64,000 bases of DNA from Verrucomicrobiota bacterium (GTDB lineage Bacteria; Verrucomicrobiota; Verrucomicrobiia; Opitutales; Seribacteraceae). The position numbers and the translations under genes were made by a program. The notes beneath the pieces were generated by a model. That model had not been told where the DNA came from. It was given only the letters and a program-made list of their open reading frames with translations, and searched no databases. This document shows positions 1-7,007 of this stretch, piece after piece (within the stretch, counting starts at the first letter, position 1; each line of letters starts with the position of its first letter). The stretch is taken from positions 1 to 64,000 of the forward strand of contig JAQBYT010000008.1 of the NCBI GenBank assembly GCA_027622665.1, read 5' to 3'.

Positions 1-279
1 TAAGCCTCTGTCCAGCTTGTTGACCAGATCGTCGATCGATTTGTATAGATCATCACTGGCTGAGGAAATGGTAATGGTAGTTCCCTTGAGTTCTAGGTGT
101 CCCTTAGCCACGTATTCGTTGCTTCTCGTGGACGAACAAGAAGCGTGCTCGAGTTCAACTCGGACACGTATGATAGCGTCCTCATGCTTGAAAAGCCTTT
201 CGGTCTTTTCGTGAACAATGCTTTTCAAGGCATCGGTGAGTTCGAGGTGTAGTCCGGAGATGATGACGTTTTGATTCAT
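1..279 (-). CDS. hpf: Ribosome hibernation promoting factor (HPF/RaiA family); 3' end runs off the window
   Basis: Not in the ORF track. Manual translation from ATG at 279: MNQNVIISGLHLELTDALKSIVHEKTERLFKHEDAIIRVRVELE...SDDLYKSIDDLVNKLDRGL, matching the HPF N-terminal I-x-G-x-H-L-E-L-T-D-A-L and D-L-Y-x-x-I-D motifs. Confidence 0.9.
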   Translation of the reverse strand, partial: MNQNVIISGLHLELTDALKSIVHEKTERLFKHEDAIIRVRVELEHASCSSTRSNEYVAKGHLELKGTTITISSASDDLYKSIDDLVNKLDRGL

Positions 280-600
280 AAGCAATCTAGTATTCTTTCG
301 GATTTATGGTTAATCGAGCCCGGCATGAAGACATGCGAGAAACTCGAAGTAAAGTCGCCATGAGGAGGGTGACTCCTGGCAAGGGATATTTGATCTCTGT
401 GAAGATCTTGAATTGGAAAGCATAAACCGTGTATCGATATTCCTTAATAAAGCACGGTTTTGTAAAAGTTTCCAATTTTTGTAAAAAAATCTTATTAGAT
501 TGGGTGTTTTATAGTCTAAGGATTTGTTGCTAGGAAAGAAAAAAAGGGATTTATCTAAAATATTTGAAATCGACAGGGTGGAAATTTGCTTAATTGAGTT

Positions 601-1407
601 ATGGAGGAAAATTCTCGAATTGAAGAACGGTCACCGCTTGTATCACCAGAGGAATTTCCTGAGTGGATTCTATTCGAAGATCAAGATTTACTTGTCGTGA
701 ACAAACCGGGTTGGCTAGTTTGCCATCCTTCGAAAAATGGTCCTTGGTCAAGCTTGGTTGGCGCGGGGAGGGAATACACGGGAGCAGACCGACTGCATTT
801 AGCGGGAAGGTTGGACAGGGAAACGAGCGGCGTAGTCCTTCTCGGTAAAAATCCCAAGGCGGGAAAAACTTGGCAAAGGGCAGTCGAAAAAAGAGAAGCC
901 AGTCGAAGTTACTTGGCAATATTGACGGGTGAACTAAAAAACCTTCAAGAAGTGGAAACTCATATAGGAAACGACCCCGACAGTCCCGTTTTTGTAAAAC
1001 AACGCGTGACGCAATCCTCGCGGAAGTCAAAACTCGCCCAAACTTGCTTTCTCCCCCTAATCGCTGGCAAAGGCCATACATTGGCGCGAGTTACGACCCA
1101 AACTGGCAGAAAACACCAGATCCGTGTTCACGCTCAACATATCGGTCATCCCCTCGTGGGGGACAAGCTGTACGGCGATGACGAAAACCTATATCTGGAA
1201 TTCTGCCAAAATGGTTGGACAAATGAGTTAGCCGGCGCACTCGCTATGCACAGGCAAGCCCTGCATTCATCGTCTTTCGGCATGAAAGATGGGGCAAGTT
1301 CTTTCAATGCTCCCATGGCGGCGGATATGGAAATGTTTTGTCTCAACGAAATGGCCCTGTCCCTTGAACAACTTGAAGCTGTTCAAGGGCCGATTCTTGT
1401 TAACTAA
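601..1407 (+). CDS. RluA-family pseudouridine synthase
   Basis: Motifs VVNKPGWLVCHP, GRLDRETSG (catalytic Asp), TGRKHQIRVH, HPLVGDKLYG, RQALH. Confidence 0.92.
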   Translation: MEENSRIEERSPLVSPEEFPEWILFEDQDLLVVNKPGWLVCHPSKNGPWSSLVGAGREYTGADRLHLAGRLDRETSGVVLLGKNPKAGKTWQRAVEKREASRSYLAILTGELKNLQEVETHIGNDPDSPVFVKQRVTQSSRKSKLAQTCFLPLIAGKGHTLARVTTQTGRKHQIRVHAQHIGHPLVGDKLYGDDENLYLEFCQNGWTNELAGALAMHRQALHSSSFGMKDGASSFNAPMAADMEMFCLNEMALSLEQLEAVQGPILVN

Positions 1408-1490
1408 GGGAAAGAAACCGCGGAAAAGGATTGGCGCAGACCGAGGGTGAGGGTAGGGCAATCTTTTTTTATTTCGTATAGTTCCACCTC

Positions 1491-2321
1491 ATGCCACCTT
1501 CGCCATCCAGTCCATGGGAAGCCCTTAGGGCAGGATTTCGCAGAGCCTGCGTCAGGCGTTTAGTAGGTGACGAGGAAGGCGCGATAGCCGTGCTAAGGGA
1601 TGAAATTCCCGGACTAGTGGTGGGTTGGGCTAAAACCTCGTCTCTCGAAGCACCCGAAAAGAAGGCCAAGCTCAAAGAGGTTTTTGACGATGAGTCCGGA
1701 CGCGCCGACGAATTGGCGGTAGCCTTTGATCTTTTTGCCGCGAGGTTCGAAACCAAAGTCGCCGATCACGTATCCCGAGAAGTAAAAAAAGCTAGGGCAG
1801 AACTGGTTGCGGTATCTAATAAAATTGAGGAAGCCCTCGCGGATTTTTCCCAGAGAATCGATAGGTTCCCAACCGGAAATCAACCCACGCATACCGTTCC
1901 CGTATTCGAACCGTCTCCAATTGCAGAAGAGGCGACCACGCAAGAACCCGAACCTTCCAGACCTGAGATTGAGATAGAGGAAGAATCCGTACCGGAACCC
2001 ACTTCGGTCGAAGTAACTTCCGAGCCTGAAACCAAACCTTCCGAATCCGAGTCCCAAGATGACCCGGAACCTGAACCAGAGGCGGAACTCCTGCTCACGC
2101 CCGACCCGAAAGTTGAACTGGAGGTGGAACCCGAATCCGTACCAACGGCAAAGCCGAAAAAGGAACCGAAAAAGGAACCGAAAAAGGAACCGAAAAAGGA
2201 GGCGGAACCTGAACCTGAACCCGATTCTGATCTCGCTGAAACCCCGCCTGTAACTCCGCGAGGTATTCGTTTCGACGACATTGAGGGAATGATCGACGAA
2301 TTGCTTGCTCAAGAAGAGTAA
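1491..2321 (+). CDS. Hypothetical acidic protein: helical N-terminal domain, long Glu/Pro-rich disordered linker with PKKE repeats, short C-terminal acidic amphipathic helix
   Basis: 276-aa ATG-started ORF co-oriented with its neighbours; E/P-dominated from about residue 130; ends RGIRFDDIEGMIDELLAQEE. Confidence 0.8.
   Translation: MPPSPSSPWEALRAGFRRACVRRLVGDEEGAIAVLRDEIPGLVVGWAKTSSLEAPEKKAKLKEVFDDESGRADELAVAFDLFAARFETKVADHVSREVKKARAELVAVSNKIEEALADFSQRIDRFPTGNQPTHTVPVFEPSPIAEEATTQEPEPSRPEIEIEEESVPEPTSVEVTSEPETKPSESESQDDPEPEPEAELLLTPDPKVELEVEPESVPTAKPKKEPKKEPKKEPKKEAEPEPEPDSDLAETPPVTPRGIRFDDIEGMIDELLAQEE
2154..2201 (+). repeat. In-frame 12-bp tandem repeat (CCGAAAAAGGAA) x4 encoding (PKKE)4
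   Basis: Three perfect copies at 2154, 2166 and 2178, plus a fourth at 2190 with 11/12 identity. Confidence 0.95.
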
Positions 2322-2428
2322 CACAATGAAAGGCAGGCAAAAGTTATTCACATCCTCAAGTTTTCGTTGCCAAGAACTTTTGTTTCGCAAGCCTATCCGC
2401 ATCCCAATGTTTCAAAAGTTAGCGAAAA

Positions 2429-3586
2429 ATGGCTCAACAAATGACGATGGACAATATATCTCCAACCACTGAGGAAAAAACCGTGCCCAAGACTAAACCC
2501 ACTTCCGCCTCCAAAACCGCCAAAGGCAAAAAGACAATGTCTCTTGGCCTCGATCTGGGGACCCTTTTTTCCTGCTACGTCAACAAGCTCCCCAAGCCTG
2601 ATTCCGATGACTCGGGTGCAACGATCATTCCCTCGGTAGTCGGTTATGCGGAGGAGGGGATACTCTCCGGAATCCTTCCGGGTAACAACTCCACTCTTTT
2701 CGGTGATGATGCATTGGCCAACGAATTGCATCTTCGACTAGCCCATCCTCTATCCGATGGGATAGTCAGCGACGTTGATTCCGCTAATCTTTTCTTAAAG
2801 CACATCCGCTCACAGATGGACCCTGAAGGAAGTTCGGAAGTTCTCGTTGTAATCGGGGTGCCGGCGGTTGCTGATTCATCGGCCAAAGACAATTTGAAAA
2901 AGGCTGCCAAGGGGGCATTCGACGGGGTGCTTTTTATTCCTGAGCCCTTTTTGGCAGCCCTTGGACACCGAGACGAAAGTCGTTTGGACGATCCCGACTA
3001 TCAGGATCCTGTGGCAAACTCGCTTTTTATCGACGTGGGTGCCGGTACAACTGACTTTTGCATCGTTCAAGGATATTTCCCAAAACCCGAAGATCAGTTA
3101 AGTATTCCTTTCGCAGGTAACGAGATAGATGCTATCTTGGACAAGTCGATTCGCGAAGCATACCCCGAGGTGGATTTGCCGCTTTCCATGATTCGCAAGT
3201 TCAAGGAAGAATTCTCCTATGTCGGGGAAATTGAATCCGGAGCCCGGGTGAAGGTTCCCGTGGAAGGTAAGCCCCGCAAAATCGAGATCGGCAAATTGGT
3301 GGGAGAGGCTTGCAACGAGCTATTGCGAGAAACTTTGGAGTCAACTAGGAAAATCATAGCCACTGCTTCTTCACAGTCCGTATTTTCGCTATTGCAGAAT
3401 ATTATCCTAACCGGTGGGGGGAGTCGAATCCGCAACTTTGCCCAAGAGTTGCAAAAGCTACTGCTGGAGGACGGCTATGAGAACCCTTTGGTCACTGTGG
3501 CCGCTCGTGAAAGCAAGCCTTTCGTGGCTCTTGGAGCAATGAAAGTGGCTCAGGCCGCGCGTGATGATCAATGGATTCGCCCCTAG
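2429..3586 (+). CDS. Bacterial actin, MamK-like subfamily
   Basis: Actin ATPase motifs GLDLGT, DVGAGTTD and LTGGGSRIR, plus MamK-type segments SVVGY, HPLSDG, VIGVPA, EPF, PEDQ, AGN, KEEFSYVG, GKP, LQNI and a near-terminal Trp. Confidence 0.88.
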   Translation: MAQQMTMDNISPTTEEKTVPKTKPTSASKTAKGKKTMSLGLDLGTLFSCYVNKLPKPDSDDSGATIIPSVVGYAEEGILSGILPGNNSTLFGDDALANELHLRLAHPLSDGIVSDVDSANLFLKHIRSQMDPEGSSEVLVVIGVPAVADSSAKDNLKKAAKGAFDGVLFIPEPFLAALGHRDESRLDDPDYQDPVANSLFIDVGAGTTDFCIVQGYFPKPEDQLSIPFAGNEIDAILDKSIREAYPEVDLPLSMIRKFKEEFSYVGEIESGARVKVPVEGKPRKIEIGKLVGEACNELLRETLESTRKIIATASSQSVFSLLQNIILTGGGSRIRNFAQELQKLLLEDGYENPLVTVAARESKPFVALGAMKVAQAARDDQWIRP

Positions 3587-3621
3587 CGAAGCCGCCTATG
3601 AATTGGCGAATCCCAATTTGA

Positions 3622-4566
3622 TTAGATTATGCCTTTTAAGGTATTGCCGACCCGTTCGAGGGTTTGCTCTAGTTCGACGAGTAGGTGTTCGGTTTCCTTC
3701 TCGTTTTTTTCGCCGAAAAGAATGCCCCAGCCTGATACATCCGTCCAGTTCTCGCGCGGTATGGGCTTGTTCCGTTCGATACCGGGAATCCCTGCCGACT
3801 GCACTAAGACGTCTCCCAATTGGGCGGCCGCGGCAAGCTCGGAGTGGTGCGGAGCCGAATACGGGTCGTTATGCCATTGAGCGGTTTCGACGATCTCACG
3901 AGCGATATGATGATTCCAAAGGTAAAAAGCCCCCATCTTGGCATGATCCCATCCCAGGAGTGAACGCTCCAAATCGCAGAATTCCGCCGCATCCTTGTAA
4001 GAGCGCTCGTAAATTCGGCTGAACTCGTCGGGAAACGTTACGGCCATTATGATTTTTCCTAGGTTGTGAAGCAAACCAGCCACGTAATCGCTCTCGTCCT
4101 TGCATTGAAAGTCTGCGATAACTAAAATCTCTCGCGTGAGTATGGCAGTGCCGATGCTGTGCTTCCAGAAATCAACCCAATCCAAGCTTTTTGCGGATTT
4201 TCCCAAGTCTACGATATCTTCAATGATCGGTGTAGCGATAATTAGCTCATTAATCCGATTTAATCCGAGAAAAAGAGCCGCCTCCTCGACACCTTTTATC
4301 TGTTGCTCATCGGGGCTGCCGAAGAAAATGGAATTAACCAAATCCAGAACTCTTGTCGTTAACGAGGGATCCAAGCGAATGACTTCTGCAATTTGGGCGA
4401 CAAAACTTTCTTCTGAGTTTAGAAGGGAGCTCAGCGTCTGATTGATGCTTCTTAGGGAGGCGAGCTTGGGGCACTGGTTGATTTTCTCTATAACCAAGAA
4501 GTCCGAAATGGGTCTTTGCGGACTGGCGCCCGACTTTGCGGAGGCGATTTCTTTGGAAGAGACCAT
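3622..4566 (-). CDS. Stand-alone HDOD domain protein
   Basis: IAEVIRLDPSLTTRVLDLVNSIFFG, AALFLG, FWKHS, AGLLHNLGK, DHAKMG...W...WHNDP. Confidence 0.9.
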   Translation of the reverse strand: MVSSKEIASAKSGASPQRPISDFLVIEKINQCPKLASLRSINQTLSSLLNSEESFVAQIAEVIRLDPSLTTRVLDLVNSIFFGSPDEQQIKGVEEAALFLGLNRINELIIATPIIEDIVDLGKSAKSLDWVDFWKHSIGTAILTREILVIADFQCKDESDYVAGLLHNLGKIIMAVTFPDEFSRIYERSYKDAAEFCDLERSLLGWDHAKMGAFYLWNHHIAREIVETAQWHNDPYSAPHHSELAAAAQLGDVLVQSAGIPGIERNKPIPRENWTDVSGWGILFGEKNEKETEHLLVELEQTLERVGNTLKGII

Positions 4567-4588
4567 CGCCAGTGGAGACCTGTAGAAA

Positions 4589-5050
4589 TCAGGCCTTCAG
4601 TAAGGTTTCTCCAGGTCGATCTGGGGACATGTCACGACCGAGGAAGTTGGAGAGATCCAAATAGTCGCTGAGCAATTGGGCTCCGCCTGAATCAGGTGCA
4701 AGCGTCAGACTCTGCCCATTAGTTGCTCTCAGCACCAAATTGCCTTCCGGCGTACGCCTAGCGTAAAACTGGGAGTCGGGATTGTTCGCCATAAAGGCTG
4801 ACACTGCAGGATCGGCAAACAATTCGGTCTTTAATTGGTTTCGGATTACGCCGGCATCCTCGACGTTCTTGATGCCGAGACGATCGAACATCGGACTAGA
4901 CTCGGGTGAACCTTTCACCTTTTCCGCATTCGACAACATACCGTCAAAAGCCTTGGAGTCAGCTGGTTCTACTTCGGGAGTTCCACGAAAAGCCGACTGA
5001 ATAAAGTCCTTGCCGAGTGTCACTAAACTGGATGCTAATATAGGATTCAT
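4589..5050 (-). CDS. Hypothetical protein
   Basis: Likely start ATG 5050 (MNPILASS...), about 35 bp downstream of a sigma-54-like promoter; 22 bp gap to the HDOD gene. Confidence 0.7.
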   Translation of the reverse strand: MNPILASSLVTLGKDFIQSAFRGTPEVEPADSKAFDGMLSNAEKVKGSPESSPMFDRLGIKNVEDAGVIRNQLKTELFADPAVSAFMANNPDSQFYARRTPEGNLVLRATNGQSLTLAPDSGGAQLLSDYLDLSNFLGRDMSPDRPGETLLKA

Positions 5051-5082
5051 GGCGTAACAGAAGAAAAGATACACGAATCCCA

Positions 5083-5098
5083 AGCAAGTTCAGTGCCG
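5083..5098 (-). promoter_or_regulatory. Sigma-54 (-24/-12) promoter
   Basis: Minus strand reads CGGCACTGAACTTGCT, matching YGGCAC-N5-TTGC with exact GG-N10-GC spacing, in the intergenic gap upstream of ATG 5050. Confidence 0.7.
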
Positions 5099-5191
5099 GA
5101 ATAAATTTGAACCACTGGGAAAAGGCTCAGCGCATGCGCGACCGTCCGGTCGCACCTATACTTTCTTTCCGCGAGAAAGGCGGAAGAGTCC

Positions 5192-6217
5192 TTAGAGCAC
5201 GCGAAGCAGGTTTTGCTGGATCAAAAGTTCTGCGATTTGCACGGCGTTTAGTGCCGCACCTTTCCATAACTGATCACCTACTGCCCATAGAGCCAGACCA
5301 TTCTCAAAGACTTGATCCAATCGAAGTCTTCCCACGCCGCAGGCTTCTTTCTCGGTATAATCGAGGGGCATCGGGTACCTTAAGGCATTGGGGAGGTCCC
5401 ATAATTCCGTGCCGTTAAAAGCTTCGATTGCCGCGTGGGCGTCGGGAACGTTTACCGGATGCTTAAATGCAGCGTTAAGCGACATGGCATGCGCCCGCAT
5501 CACGGGGACCCTGACGCAAGTGCAAGAAACTTTGAGCCCGGAAAGATCCATGATTTTGCGACTTTCGTTTCGCATCTTAAGCTCTTCCTTGGTGTAACCA
5601 TCCTCCCTAAACTCATCGATGTGAGGGATTAGGTTGAATGCGATGGGATGAGGAAACACTTCCGGAGGCACTTGTTCGCCGCCGCCAAGAACTGAGCGAG
5701 CTTGGTTTTCCAGTTCCGCAACTCCGCTCGCCCCTGCACCTGAGACTGCTTGGTAGGTGGAGGCAAAGAAATGTTTTAGCCCAAATCTCTTGTGCAAGGG
5801 ATACAACGCCATGAGAGCCACGATCGTAGAGCAATTGGGATTTGAGATAATCCCCTTGTGCTTTTCCACTGAACTCGGATTGATTTCAGGGATAACCAGC
5901 GGAACGGTAGGTTCCATCCGAAAAGCCGAGCTATTGTCGATGACAACGCAACCATGCTTGCGGGCGTCTTCCGCGAATTGCTTGGAAATACTTCCTCCTG
6001 CGCTGAAGATGGCGAAATCAAGTCCCTTGAAGGCATCGGGCGTAGTCTCGCGCACAGTTTCGAGATTCCCGCAAGCCTTGTACTCGCGTCCTGCGGATCG
6101 AGAGGATGCGAGCAAACGCGTCTCCGCAACAGGAAACTCTCGCAATTCAAGTAAACGAATGATTTCTTGACCCACGGCGCCTGTGGCTCCTACGATACCT
6201 AATCTATATTTTTTCAA
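5192..6217 (-). CDS. asd: Aspartate-semialdehyde dehydrogenase
   Basis: GIVGATGAVG, DNSSAFRM, NPNCST (catalytic Cys), STYQAVSGAG, CVRVPV, DQLWKGAALNAVQIAE; TTG start. Confidence 0.96.
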   Translation of the reverse strand: MKKYRLGIVGATGAVGQEIIRLLELREFPVAETRLLASSRSAGREYKACGNLETVRETTPDAFKGLDFAIFSAGGSISKQFAEDARKHGCVVIDNSSAFRMEPTVPLVIPEINPSSVEKHKGIISNPNCSTIVALMALYPLHKRFGLKHFFASTYQAVSGAGASGVAELENQARSVLGGGEQVPPEVFPHPIAFNLIPHIDEFREDGYTKEELKMRNESRKIMDLSGLKVSCTCVRVPVMRAHAMSLNAAFKHPVNVPDAHAAIEAFNGTELWDLPNALRYPMPLDYTEKEACGVGRLRLDQVFENGLALWAVGDQLWKGAALNAVQIAELLIQQNLLRVL

Positions 6218-6771
6218 TGGACGAAACGAGTTTGTTTGAAAGGTTGCAAAAAAAAAGCGCGGTCCTCGGGGTGGATCAGCCTTTCATTGGGTTGATCGCC
6301 TCGATTCCCGAACAGAAACTATGTTTATTCGTGGACGGGACAAGATTGAAGGAGTACGTCATGTCAAGTTCTAAGAGATCACCCTCATGCGAGGCAAACT
6401 CTCTTGGAACCCCTTGGGGCTTGCACGAAGTTTGTGAAAAAATCGGGAGCGATGCCGTATCGGGTATGGTGTTCAAGGGTCGCAAGCCTACGGGAAAAAG
6501 ATACTGTGAATATTCGAACGAAGAGCAGGCGAAAAATTTAATCACCAGTCGAATACTTCGACTACGCGGATTGGAAGACGGTGTCAACGCGGGGGGAAAC
6601 AAGGATACTTTTTCACGTCACGTCTATGTCCATGGAACTAACCACGAGGAGGCCGTAGGTTCTCCGGCCAGTTCAGGTTGTCTCCAGTTGAAAAACATAG
6701 ATGCAATCGAGCTCTTCGATTCAGTCCCGGTGGGGACTTTTCTTTTAATCAACAATGGGCAATATCCTTGA
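6217..6771 (+). CDS. L,D-transpeptidase (YkuD family)
   Basis: TPWG and the YVHGTNHEEAVGSPASSGC catalytic His/Cys motif; start codon uncertain. Confidence 0.85.
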   Translation: MDETSLFERLQKKSAVLGVDQPFIGLIASIPEQKLCLFVDGTRLKEYVMSSSKRSPSCEANSLGTPWGLHEVCEKIGSDAVSGMVFKGRKPTGKRYCEYSNEEQAKNLITSRILRLRGLEDGVNAGGNKDTFSRHVYVHGTNHEEAVGSPASSGCLQLKNIDAIELFDSVPVGTFLLINNGQYP

Positions 6772-7007
6772 TTTCACATGGCAATAACCCACTCGAAGTA
6801 TGCTGCAAAAGTAAAATTTGCATATGCGCTAAGAGTGTGTATCTTGAAATTTCGAGACACTTTATGAGACTAGGAGGTATGCTCACTACCCAAGCAAGCA
6901 AATTGCCCGCTGTGGATTTCGACAAACTTGTTCAACCCTGACGGGGGTCCCCTTGATGGATGGATATCCACAGGGCGATTTGATGAATGTAACACTTATA
7001 ATATAGT

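Noticed and set aside
2154..2201. Tandem repeat as a CRISPR array
   Set aside because: 12-bp head-to-tail units with no spacers, in frame within a CDS; no cas genes.
1614..2402. 262-aa and 133-aa minus-strand ORFs with FRFL/GSFF repeats
   Set aside because: Antisense readings of the E/P-rich gene and its tandem repeat.
2429..3586. Magnetosome island, or ordinary mreB
   Set aside because: No other recognisable mam/mms/feo genes and no mreC/mreD in the window. The motifs fit MamK-like actin, so neither label is supported.
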